Source: Candidatus Micrarchaeia archaeon (GTDB lineage Archaea; Micrarchaeota; Micrarchaeia; Anstonellales; J096). From it: a stretch of 29,554 bases of DNA. Below the pieces are notes generated by a model, which saw nothing but the letters and a program-made list of their open reading frames with translations, had not been told where the DNA came from and searched no databases. Position numbers and translations under genes: made by a program. Where the stretch lies: NCBI GenBank assembly GCA_041500865.1, contig JBGQMY010000018.1, positions 1 to 29,554 of the forward strand. Direction: 5' to 3'. Of the stretch, positions 1 to 9,070 are shown piece after piece. Within the stretch, counting starts at the first letter, position 1. Each line of letters starts with the position of its first letter.

Positions 1-509
1 CCATGAGGCCGGAGTTCAAGGCCTATGCTGCGCAGATAATAAGGAACGCAAAGGCGCTTGGCCAGTCGCTTATGGACAATGGCATAAAAATCGTCACAAA
101 TGGGACGGACAACCACATGGTCCTCATCGATTTGACGCCTTTCGGCAAGGGCAAGGGCATCTTTGCGCAGGAGGCGATGGATGAAGCCGGCTTGACGGCA
201 AACAAGAACACGATTCCGGCCGACCCGTCATCCCCGTTTTATCCCAGCGGCATAAGGCTCGGAACCCCGGCCATAACGACAAGGGGCATGAAGGAGCCTG
301 AGATGAAGCTTATCGGCCAGTGGATTGCCGAAATAGCGAAAGACGCGTGCAAAGCCGAGCTTCCGGACGACAAGGAAGCAAGGAATGCGGCAATCAAGAA
401 GTTCAAGGCGGAAATAGGGACAAACCCGACGGTGCTTCGCGTCAGGAAAGAGGTCCTTGGGCTTTGCAGCAAGTTCCCGCTGTATCCAGGAATGGAAATA
501 CTAAGCTGA
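1..509 (+). CDS. glyA: Serine hydroxymethyltransferase, C-terminal part (5' end beyond window)
   Basis: Motifs GTDNHMVLIDL, ANKNTIP and SGIRLGTPAITTRG; frame open to the left edge; stop TGA at 507-509. Confidence 0.95.
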   Translation, partial: MRPEFKAYAAQIIRNAKALGQSLMDNGIKIVTNGTDNHMVLIDLTPFGKGKGIFAQEAMDEAGLTANKNTIPADPSSPFYPSGIRLGTPAITTRGMKEPEMKLIGQWIAEIAKDACKAELPDDKEARNAAIKKFKAEIGTNPTVLRVRKEVLGLCSKFPLYPGMEILS

Positions 510-1634
510 CTATTTCTCCATGGCAACGGCAGATTCCCTTGTGTCAAACATCCTGCCATTTATCCTTGTTTTTCTCCTTAGCCCGATGATTACCTTCGCC
601 TCGAATCCCTCTTCTTCGGCAATCGTTGCGCAAATCTCGTCAACCGGTATATATGTAGTGCCAACAACCGCGTCAGCCACGACGTATATGGCTTTTCCGC
701 CTGGCCTCAGCGCCCTGTGGAACTCCTTTATCGCCTTTATCGTGAAATCAAAATAGCTTCCTACGATGGGGATGAACGCGTATCTGTCTATGTACTCCCT
801 TCCTGTAAGCACCGCCTCCGCATTCTTGGTCACGAAGGACGGCATTGACCTGCCCCTGTCCCTTGAAGGCGCCCTGAAATCCAGGTTAAGCAGCGATATC
901 TCCAGGTTGTAGACCTTGGTGTAGTCTATGCTGTTGAGGTAAGGCGGTGACGTTATTATCTTGTCCGGGCTTGCCTCTATATTCAGCGCGCTGCCGGCTT
1001 TCACTTCCGGAACCGGGCCCTTTACCGGGCTGTTCCTTATGTCATCTATAAAGTGCCTGGCCTTCCTTTTGAAAAGCGCCAAAGCGTCGCCTGCCTTTTT
1101 GCTGTTGTCTATCTTCAAGACCCCGCCGTCCTTTATTATCAGAGACGCCATCGGCAATATCGAAATCAGCGCAAGCAGGGCCAGGTCCCTGGGCTTTCCA
1201 TCCAGCCGCTCTATGGCCTCCCTTATCCTGGCAATGTCGCCCAAATTGCGCCTGGGAAACGCCTTTTCGGGGCTGATGATTTCGGACTTCCATGCAATGC
1301 CGGCGTAGCCATCCGGATTAAGCCTGCCAAGCCAGTCCTCCAGCCCTTTTGCGTCTTCTGCCGAATAGTCCCTTGTCTTGGCCATGGACGCGAAAACGGC
1401 TATGGATGACGTATCGGTCCCTATGCTGCTTATTCCGCTTTCCTTGGCTTTCAGGAGGGCCGTGCCGACACCGCAGAACGGGTCGTAGGCCAGCTTCTCG
1501 TTTCCGTCAAGGAAACGTGAGACAAGGCCTGGGCTGAACGCCTCCTTGTAATAAAGCCAGTTGTACACCGGTATGTTCTTGCTGGGCTCAAACGTGAAAT
1601 CCGGGCCAAGCGAAAGGTCGGTTTCGATGCGCAT
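510..1634 (-). CDS. DNA amino-methyltransferase, probably N4-cytosine specific
   Basis: SAM-binding motif YDPFCGVGT precedes catalytic ITSPPY; N-terminal NWLYYKEAFS and C-terminal RALRPGG typical of this family. Confidence 0.88.
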   Translation of the reverse strand: MRIETDLSLGPDFTFEPSKNIPVYNWLYYKEAFSPGLVSRFLDGNEKLAYDPFCGVGTALLKAKESGISSIGTDTSSIAVFASMAKTRDYSAEDAKGLEDWLGRLNPDGYAGIAWKSEIISPEKAFPRRNLGDIARIREAIERLDGKPRDLALLALISILPMASLIIKDGGVLKIDNSKKAGDALALFKRKARHFIDDIRNSPVKGPVPEVKAGSALNIEASPDKIITSPPYLNSIDYTKVYNLEISLLNLDFRAPSRDRGRSMPSFVTKNAEAVLTGREYIDRYAFIPIVGSYFDFTIKAIKEFHRALRPGGKAIYVVADAVVGTTYIPVDEICATIAEEEGFEAKVIIGLRRKTRINGRMFDTRESAVAMEK

Positions 1635-1780
1635 TAGGGACGATATGAAGCAAAACCGTTAAAACCGTGCGCCTGGCATTGGCTTTGCCCGGCATTCCAG
1701 CCCTGAGGCGGGACAGCATTGAAAATAAATGTTTGCCGGATTGCGCATCCGGCCTTGCCGTGCAGCCTATACTTGCCGCA

Positions 1781-4700
1781 TCACGGTGTGACTGTGAAGT
1801 TCCATGTTGCGCTTGTTCCGAGGTTGCTGACATAGTCCGTGCAGTTGACATACCATGTGTAGCCGCCAGTGTAGTTGTAGGTGTATGTCACGTTCCACTT
1901 TACGTTGTTGGTTGCGCTTGCAGCCGTGGAGTTGTACAGCAGCCCGCTGGAGGCATTGTAGGTGTATATGTTGCACGCCATGGTGGATGCAACGGCGTCC
2001 ACTGCCTTGAATGACGTGAAGATGCTGACTGGCTTTGGCCCTCTCACATCGTCGCTCGCCGGCGTGTACAGCGTGATGACCGGCGCAACGGTGTCTATCG
2101 TCACGTTCCTGGTCTCGGTATAGCTGAATTTGCCGACAGTGTCGTATGCTGTCGCGTTCCAGTAGTATATGTCGTCCGCAAGGCCTGTCCAGTTGTTGTA
2201 GAACGAAGTTGCTGGGGTAGTCGCTGAAGCATACAGGCCTGTGGAATTGTAGACAAGCACTGTCAGGTTGGCGAAGTTGGCGTCGCTTGCCGATACATTG
2301 ACCTGTATGTAGGCGTTCTTCGTGTAGTTGGTCGTGTTTGTGGACGGAGTCACGAACTGGATTGCCGGGTTGGCCGTGTCTATCGTTATGCTCCTTGTTT
2401 CCGTCTTGTTCATGTTGTTTGCGTTGTCAAACACGGTTGCATTTATGCTGTAAACGCCGTCCGGAAGCTCTGTCCAGTTGATTGACAGGTTTGTTGCCGC
2501 CGTGGCCGACACGTTGTACAGCCCTGTTGCGTTGTAGAGGTAGATTGTTACATTCTTCAGGTTAGTGTCGATTGCCGTCACGTTCGCGAATATGTAGTTC
2601 AGCGCGGAGTACGACGTTGCGTTCGTTGTCGGAGCCGTAAACAGTATTACGGGACCGGTTGCGTCTATCGTGGCATTCCTTGTCTCTGTTGAGTTGATGT
2701 GCCCTGCGTTGTCATACGCCGTCGCGTTCCAGTAGTACAAACCATCGGCAAGCCCTGTGTAGTTGACAAACAGCTGGGTTAATGCCGTTGAGTTGGACCT
2801 GGCTATCCCGCCGGTTGCGTTGTACAGGGTAATGGTGGTGCTGTTGTAGCTGCTGTCGCTTGCCGATACGTTTATCACAAGATTGGACCTGGCAAGGTAC
2901 GTGCTGGAGTTGTCTGTCGGCGTTGTAAATAAGATTACAGGGTTTGCCGTGTCAATGTTTATGCTCCTTGTCTCGGTCTTGTTGAAGCTGTTGGCACTGT
3001 CGAATGCCGTCGCGTTTATGTAGTATTGGCCGTCAGGAAGCGCCGTCCAGTTGACGGACAGGTTTGTCGCCGCCGTGGCCGACACGTTGTACAGCCCTGT
3101 TGCGTTGTACAGGTAGATTGTGAGGTTCTTCAGGTTCGCGTCGCTTGCGGTCGCGTTCACGCTGATGTAGCTCAGCGCGGAGTACGACGTCGTGTTCATC
3201 GTTGGTTCCACCAGCAGTATCGCCGGATTGACAGTGTCTATCGTCACGTTCCTGGTTTCGGTATTGTTGATGTTGTTTGCGCTGTCATACGCTGTCGCAT
3301 TGAAATAATAAATGCCGTCTGCAAGGCCCGTGTAGTTGACAAACAGCTGGGTTAATGCCGTTGAGTTGGACCTGGCTATCCCGCCTGTTGAGTTGTACAG
3401 GAAGATTGAAAGGTTTGCGAAGTTCCCGTCGCTTGCCGATACGTTTATGGCAATGCTGGACCTGCTTATGTATATGCTGTCGTTGTCAGTAGGCGTCGTA
3501 AAGCTGATTGCCGGGTTGACCGTGTCAATCATTATGCTCCTCGTCTCTGTCTTGTTGAAGTTCCCTGCGTTGTCAAAAGCAGTCGCGTTTATGTAGTATG
3601 TGCCGTCCGGAAGCTCTGTCCAGTTGATGGACAGGTTCGTTGCCGCCGTGGCCGACACGTTGTACAGCCCTGTTGCGTTGTACAGGTAGATTGTGAGGTT
3701 CTTCAGGTTCGCGTCGCTTGCGGTCGCGTTCACGCTGATGTAGCTCAGCGCGGAGTACGACGTTGCATTTGTGGTCGGCGCCATGAACAGTATTGCCGGG
3801 TTGGTTGCGTCTATCGTGGCGTTCCTTGTCTCGGTTGAGTTCATGTGCCCGAACTTGTCGTATGCCGTCGCATTCCAGTAGTAAAGCCCGTCCGCCAGCA
3901 GCGTGAAATTGACGAATACGCTGGAGGATGCTGAATATGACTCGTTCTTGAACCCGCCGGTTGAGTTGTAAAGCCTCACTGTCGTGTTCTTGATGTTCGC
4001 GTCAGCCGCAGATACGTTGACTGCGATGTACGGCCTGCTGGAGAATAGGCTGGTGTTGTCTGACGGCGACGTGAACGTTATGGCCGGGTTGGTTGTGTCC
4101 ACCGTGAACTTTAACGTTGCGCTTGTGGCATTGTTCCCTGCGGAATCCACGCACCTGATGTACCAGCTGTTCACCCCGTCGCTGAAAGCGTAAACGTCAG
4201 AGAAGGTGATGCCGCTGTATGCGGTCACGTTCGCAACAGATGAGCCATTCGAGTATATGCCGCATGCAATGTCCTGGGACATGGCATCAGTCGTTACAAA
4301 CGACATGAATACGCTTGAAGACAGGAAGACGCTGTTGTTTGCGGGGTTGGATGTGCTAAGCGTCGGCGCAACCGTGTCCAAGGCGATGTTCCTTGTCTCG
4401 GTCTTGTTCATGTGCCCGAACTTGTCGTATGCCGTCGCGTTGATTGCGTACCTGCCGTTCTTTAGCCCGGTGAAATTGTAGAAAGACTTGTTGCCTGACA
4501 CGGTAACGGCCTTTATCAGGGCGCCGCTTGAGGCGTTGTAGAGCCTTATTGTTATGTTGTTCTGGTTCAGGTCCGCCGCGCTGACATTGACGGCTATAAA
4601 GGTGCGCGAGAGGTTTGACGATTCGCCCGGTGTTGGGTTGACAAACGATATGGCCGGGTTTGTCACGTCTATGACTACGCTCCTTGTTGCCGTCTTGTTG

Positions 4701-7039
4701 AAGTTGTTTGCATTGTCATATGCCGTTGCATTTATGTAGTATGTCCCGTCCGGAAGCGCGGTCCAGTTCACGAAGAGGTTCGCTGCTGTGCCGTTTGTGA
4801 CGTTGTACAGCCCTGTTGCGTTGTAAAGGAAGATTGTAACGTTCTTCAGGCTGGTGTCATTTACCGTAACGTTCACTGCAATGTACGACCTGTTGGAGTA
4901 GGTAGTGGTGTTTTGGGAAGGCGCCATGAACCTTATCGCCGGGTTTGTGGTGTCAATTGTCGCGTTCCTTGTCTCGGTGGAGTTGGAGTGTCCGGCCTTG
5001 TCGTACGCCGTTGCGTTGAAGTAGTAAACGCCGTTGGGAAGCTTGCTGAAGTTGAACGTTGCCATATAGCCGGATGATGTGGACCATGTCTGGTTCTTCA
5101 GGGCCCCGGATGCGTTGTAAAGCATGATTGTCACGTTCTTGAAGTTGGCGTCAGTGACAGATATGTTGACAATCACAACATTGGTAAGCGCGGATGAGTT
5201 GGTTGTCGGCGACATGGACACTATTGCGGGGTTCACGGTGTCTATCGTCACGTTGCGTGTTTCGGTCTTTGCGAGGTTGTTTGCGTTGTCAAACGCCGTC
5301 GCGTTTATGTAGTATGTCCCGTCCGGAAGCGCGGTCCAGTTGATGGACAGGTTTGTCGCTGTCGTGGTCGTCACGTTGTACAGCTCAGTGGAATTGTAGA
5401 GATATATTGTGAGGTTCTTGAGGTTCACGTCGCTTGCCGTCGCATTCGCTGCAATGTAGGTCCTGTCCGTATAAAGGCTTGAGTTGTATGTCGGGAAAAC
5501 AAAGCGCACAACGGGCTTGGTGGCGTCCACCGTCGCGTTCCTTGTTGCAGTCGAGTTTGAGTGGCCGGCCTTGTCGTATGTTGTTGCGTTGAAGTAGTAA
5601 ACGCCGTCGGGAAGTTTGCTTAAATTCAAGGTCACCATATAATTAGCGGAAGTTGACCATGTCTGGTTCTTCAGTACCCCTGTCGAGCTGTACAGCCTTA
5701 CCGTGACGTTCTTGAAGTTGGCGTCAGTAACAGACACGTTGACTGTTATCGTGCCGGTCAGCGAGGACGAGTTGGTTGTCGGCGACATGGACACTATTGC
5801 GGGGTTTGCGGTGTCTATCGTCACGTTGCGTGTTTCGGTCTTTGCGAGGTTGTTTGCGTTGTCAAATGCTGTCGCGTTTATGTAGTATGTCCCGTCCGGA
5901 AGCGCGGTCCAGTTGATGGACAGGTTTGTCGCTGTCGTGGTCGTCACGTTGTACAGCCCAGTGGAATTGTAAAGGTAAATGGTTACGTTCTTAAGGCGGG
6001 CATCGGCTGCCGTGGCCTTTGCAAAAATGTATGCCCTTGCCACGTACGTGCCTGATGTGTCTGTAGGCGCCACAAAGCTTATTGTCGGGTTTGTCCTGTC
6101 TATGGACGCATTCCTTGTCCCCGTGCTGTTGGAGTGGCCTGCAAGGTCGTATGCGGTCGCATTCCAGTAATAGACGCTTGTCCCAAGCGTGCTGCTGAAC
6201 GTAATCATATAATTAGCGGAAGTTGACCATGTCTGGTTTATCAGGACTTTCGCGGCATTGTAAAGCCGCACTGTCACGTTCTTGAAGTTCGGGTCAGAAA
6301 CAGATACGTTGACTGTTATCGAGTTGGCAATCGCGGACGAGTTGGTCGTGGGAGACATGAACACTATTGCAGGGTTTGCCGTGTCAACCGTGAAGTTCCT
6401 TGTCTCGGTCTTGTTCAGGTTTCCTGCCAGGTCAAATGCCGTCGCGTTGATGTAGTAAACGCCTTCGGCGAGCGACGTCCTGTTGTCAGACAGGCTTGTC
6501 ATGAAGGCCCCGGATACATTGTAATACAGCCCCGTGGAATTATAGTAATATATTGTGAGGTTCTTGAAGTTTGCATCGCTGGCCGTGACGTTTATCAGGG
6601 CGCTGTTCCTGCTCAGGTATGCGCCTGAGTTTTCCGTAGGCGACTTGAAGATTATTGTCGGGTTGGTTGTGTCCAATGTGACATTCCTTGTTTCCGTGGA
6701 ATTGCAGAGGGTTGCATTGGTTGAGTTGCATGCCGTTGCATTGAAGTAATAAAGCCCTTGCCCCAGGCTGCTGAAATTGTGGAAATAGTCTGTTGCGGCT
6801 GACGTCCCGAAGCTGGACAGCAGGCTGCCGCTGCCGTTATATAGGTATATCGTTATGTCGGATGCAAAGTTGGCAGAGACATTTACGTTGATGTAGTTCC
6901 TGCTGAGGTACGCGCTCGAGTTGTCCGCAGGAGACGCGAACTGAGCCCTTAAATCCGCTTCGACTGCGAACATCATCGGCGCTGCAAAAATAAGTATCCA
7001 CGCAATGGCGTAACGCATGTTAAGTTTAACGGCGTTCAT
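1781..7039 (-). CDS. Large secreted surface glycoprotein/adhesin with 18 tandem ~96-aa Ig-like domains
   Basis: GGAG Shine-Dalgarno upstream; hydrophobic signal (RYAIAWILIFAAPMMFA); 18 repeats of the pattern P.I.F..PT...YY.NATA.D..G..N.TETR....D; dense N-x-S/T sequons. Confidence 0.9.
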   Translation of the reverse strand: MNAVKLNMRYAIAWILIFAAPMMFAVEADLRAQFASPADNSSAYLSRNYINVNVSANFASDITIYLYNGSGSLLSSFGTSAATDYFHNFSSLGQGLYYFNATACNSTNATLCNSTETRNVTLDTTNPTIIFKSPTENSGAYLSRNSALINVTASDANFKNLTIYYYNSTGLYYNVSGAFMTSLSDNRTSLAEGVYYINATAFDLAGNLNKTETRNFTVDTANPAIVFMSPTTNSSAIANSITVNVSVSDPNFKNVTVRLYNAAKVLINQTWSTSANYMITFSSTLGTSVYYWNATAYDLAGHSNSTGTRNASIDRTNPTISFVAPTDTSGTYVARAYIFAKATAADARLKNVTIYLYNSTGLYNVTTTTATNLSINWTALPDGTYYINATAFDNANNLAKTETRNVTIDTANPAIVSMSPTTNSSSLTGTITVNVSVTDANFKNVTVRLYSSTGVLKNQTWSTSANYMVTLNLSKLPDGVYYFNATTYDKAGHSNSTATRNATVDATKPVVRFVFPTYNSSLYTDRTYIAANATASDVNLKNLTIYLYNSTELYNVTTTTATNLSINWTALPDGTYYINATAFDNANNLAKTETRNVTIDTVNPAIVSMSPTTNSSALTNVVIVNISVTDANFKNVTIMLYNASGALKNQTWSTSSGYMATFNFSKLPNGVYYFNATAYDKAGHSNSTETRNATIDTTNPAIRFMAPSQNTTTYSNRSYIAVNVTVNDTSLKNVTIFLYNATGLYNVTNGTAANLFVNWTALPDGTYYINATAYDNANNFNKTATRSVVIDVTNPAISFVNPTPGESSNLSRTFIAVNVSAADLNQNNITIRLYNASSGALIKAVTVSGNKSFYNFTGLKNGRYAINATAYDKFGHMNKTETRNIALDTVAPTLSTSNPANNSVFLSSSVFMSFVTTDAMSQDIACGIYSNGSSVANVTAYSGITFSDVYAFSDGVNSWYIRCVDSAGNNATSATLKFTVDTTNPAITFTSPSDNTSLFSSRPYIAVNVSAADANIKNTTVRLYNSTGGFKNESYSASSSVFVNFTLLADGLYYWNATAYDKFGHMNSTETRNATIDATNPAILFMAPTTNATSYSALSYISVNATASDANLKNLTIYLYNATGLYNVSATAATNLSINWTELPDGTYYINATAFDNAGNFNKTETRSIMIDTVNPAISFTTPTDNDSIYISRSSIAINVSASDGNFANLSIFLYNSTGGIARSNSTALTQLFVNYTGLADGIYYFNATAYDSANNINNTETRNVTIDTVNPAILLVEPTMNTTSYSALSYISVNATASDANLKNLTIYLYNATGLYNVSATAATNLSVNWTALPDGQYYINATAFDSANSFNKTETRSINIDTANPVILFTTPTDNSSTYLARSNLVINVSASDSSYNSTTITLYNATGGIARSNSTALTQLFVNYTGLADGLYYWNATAYDNAGHINSTETRNATIDATGPVILFTAPTTNATSYSALNYIFANVTAIDTNLKNVTIYLYNATGLYNVSATAATNLSINWTELPDGVYSINATVFDNANNMNKTETRSITIDTANPAIQFVTPSTNTTNYTKNAYIQVNVSASDANFANLTVLVYNSTGLYASATTPATSFYNNWTGLADDIYYWNATAYDTVGKFSYTETRNVTIDTVAPVITLYTPASDDVRGPKPVSIFTSFKAVDAVASTMACNIYTYNASSGLLYNSTAASATNNVKWNVTYTYNYTGGYTWYVNCTDYVSNLGTSATWNFTVTP
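2380..6420. repeat. Intragenic tandem repeats with ~287-nt domain period and 573-nt two-domain period
   Basis: 3069-3190 is identical to 3642-3763 (122 nt, offset 573); about 5240-5400 is near-identical to about 5813-5973 (offset 573); outer limits approximate. Confidence 0.9.
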
Positions 7040-7062
7040 GTTTCTCCTTTGTCCCTTGAGCC

Positions 7063-7192
7063 TTTTTAAACCTTATGACGTTATCGCAAGAATTAGCGTT
7101 TAAATATGTGACATAAACCTTGTTCTATCACATATCCCTTCACAGGAAGCGACTTTAATCCAATCTTTGCGGCATAATGCCCTATTATAAAA
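7063..7192. promoter_or_regulatory. Divergent promoter region (surface protein / truD) with TATA-like boxes and a palindrome
   Basis: TTTTTAAA near 7063-7070 and TATTATAAAA near 7183-7192; inverted repeat ATATGTGA (7104-7111) / TCACATAT (7128-7135). Confidence 0.5.
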
Positions 7193-7214
7193 ACTTTTCA
7201 GGGGACATACGGGT

Positions 7215-8405
7215 GTGGAACTTCCCAAAGAACTTGACGATTTCAATTTTGCACGCATGAGCAGGGGCCAGGCAAAGGGCGAAATTAAGCAAAGCCCAGA
7301 GGACTTCAGGGTAAACGAGATAGACGCAAAAGGCAGGGTTGTTGACGAAAACTACGTACCTGATGAAAGCGAAGGCGAGTTCTGCGTCTTTGTGCTAAGG
7401 AAAAGGGATTACGCCACTGACATGGCGATAAGGAGGCTTGCCAAATACCTGCGCATAACCCCAAAAAGGTTCGGATACGCCGGCATGAAGGACAGGAAGG
7501 CCATAACCGCGCAGCTTGTCTCCATATTTGCCCTGAAGCCTGAAAGGCTGGACGGAATACAGGCAGCTGACATTGAAATCCTCAACCCAAGGAAGGCCGC
7601 ACAGGGGCTGAGGCTCGGCGACCTTGCAGGAAACCGGTTCTCCATAAGGATAGCAAACAAGGAAGGGGATTTGGGCGCTATAGACAGGCAACTGAAAGGC
7701 TTTTTCCCGAATTATTTCGGGGAGCAAAGGTTCGGAAGCGTGCGGCTATGCAACCACAAAATCGGCTATTTCATACTAAAAGGCGATTACGAGTCTGCTG
7801 CGATGATGTACCTTACTGACGCCGGGAACGAGGCTGACCAGAGGATTGTGGAAGCGCGGAAAACCCTGGCAGAGACACGGGACTTTGCCCAGGCATTCAA
7901 CGACTTCCCTGTATACAGGGCGCATGAGAGGATGATTCTCAACCATTTGAAAGACCACCCCAACGACTACATAAACGCAATGAGGATGCTGCCAAAATTC
8001 ACAAGGATAATTTTCATCCACGCGCTGCAGTCATTCATGTTCAACATGGGGGTTTCGGAGCGGATAATGGAGGGCGCGCTGGAGCCTGAAGGCAGCGAAC
8101 ACAGGGCCGGGTTTGACGGTTTCGGCTTTTTGGACGAAGAAAAAAAGGGAGAAGGCCCTGCCGTTGCAAACATAATCGGCCACGACTCGGAGACAACTGA
8201 AAGGGAAAACGGGATATTGGAAAGGCTCAATATCTCAAAAGAGGAATTCAGGAACAGGAGCATGCCCGAAATGACGTGCAAAGGGGACAAACGTGCGATG
8301 CTCGCGCCTTACCTGGATTTCAGCGCGGAAGGCGAATGGGTGCATTTCAAACTCGGCGCAGGGTGCTATGCCACAAGCCTTTTAAGGGAGTTCCTGAAAG
8401 GGTGA
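7215..8405 (+). CDS. truD: tRNA pseudouridine(13) synthase TruD
   Basis: IKQSPEDFRVNE, GYAGMKDRKA (catalytic Asp), LGDLAGNRFSI, FPNYFGEQRFG, F.L..GCYATSLLRE. Confidence 0.96.
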   Translation: MELPKELDDFNFARMSRGQAKGEIKQSPEDFRVNEIDAKGRVVDENYVPDESEGEFCVFVLRKRDYATDMAIRRLAKYLRITPKRFGYAGMKDRKAITAQLVSIFALKPERLDGIQAADIEILNPRKAAQGLRLGDLAGNRFSIRIANKEGDLGAIDRQLKGFFPNYFGEQRFGSVRLCNHKIGYFILKGDYESAAMMYLTDAGNEADQRIVEARKTLAETRDFAQAFNDFPVYRAHERMILNHLKDHPNDYINAMRMLPKFTRIIFIHALQSFMFNMGVSERIMEGALEPEGSEHRAGFDGFGFLDEEKKGEGPAVANIIGHDSETTERENGILERLNISKEEFRNRSMPEMTCKGDKRAMLAPYLDFSAEGEWVHFKLGAGCYATSLLREFLKG

Positions 8406-8409
8406 AACA

Positions 8410-8754
8410 ATGGACTACAAACAGGCCATCGTCGTAAGGAAGGACATAGACATGGGCAAGGGAAAGACATGCGCCCAGGTTTCACACGCGTCCCTTGAGG
8501 CATACGTCAAATCCGGAAAGGAGATAAGGGAGCAGTGGCGCAGCGAGGGCGCGAAGAAAGTCGTTGTCAAATGCGACAGCCTGGAGCAGCTGCTTGACAT
8601 CCTTGAGCAGGCAAAAAGGGCAGGCCTGACATGCGTAAGCATAAGCGATGCTGGGCTGACGCAGATTGAGCCAGGGACCATAACCTGCATAGGCATAGGG
8701 CCGGACAATGAGTCCAAGATAGATATGATAATAGGGAAGCTCAAGCTACTTTAG
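8410..8754 (+). CDS. pth2: Peptidyl-tRNA hydrolase Pth2 (archaeal/eukaryotic type)
   Basis: KQAIVVRKDIDMGKGKTCAQVSHAS and DAGLTQIEPGTITCIGIGP. Confidence 0.97.
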   Translation: MDYKQAIVVRKDIDMGKGKTCAQVSHASLEAYVKSGKEIREQWRSEGAKKVVVKCDSLEQLLDILEQAKRAGLTCVSISDAGLTQIEPGTITCIGIGPDNESKIDMIIGKLKLL

Positions 8755-9025
8755 TCCCGCGTGTTGAAAAGCCCTTGTATTTTTCCTCTTTCTTCTCCTT
8801 CCAGGACAGCGAGTCCACGCGTATGCCCCATTCGTCGCGCTTGTTCTTCACCATTTCAAGAAACTCCGCAACCATCTCGCCGTTTCCGTTTATCACGATT
8901 TCAACGTCGCCGTCAGCCAGGTTTTTCGCGTATCCCTTGAGCCGCATGGAATCCGCAAGCGATTTGACGTATGAGCGGAAGTTGACGCCCTGCACCCGCC
9001 CCCTGGCGACTGCGGTTATCTCCAT
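8741..9025 (-). CDS. acyP: Acylphosphatase
   Basis: GRVQGVNFR and G.AKNL.DG.VE motifs; true start is ATG at 9025, and the longer ORF call is antisense to mscS. Confidence 0.92.
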   Translation of the reverse strand: MEITAVARGRVQGVNFRSYVKSLADSMRLKGYAKNLADGDVEIVINGNGEMVAEFLEMVKNKRDEWGIRVDSLSWKEKKEEKYKGFSTRGTKVA

Positions 9026-9070
9026 GCATGGCGAATGAGGGAAAAGGTTAAAAAATTCAGGTGCAGGAAT

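Noticed and set aside
1735..1753. REP-like hairpin GCCGGAT-tgcgc-ATCCGGC
   Set aside because: Single copy in the window; most simply a terminator or stability hairpin downstream of the surface-protein gene.
1781..7039. Repeats as a DGR template/variable pair or a CRISPR array
   Set aside because: The repeats are in-frame protein domains, mismatches are not confined to adenines, there are no short repeat-spacer units, and no RT or cas gene is in the window.
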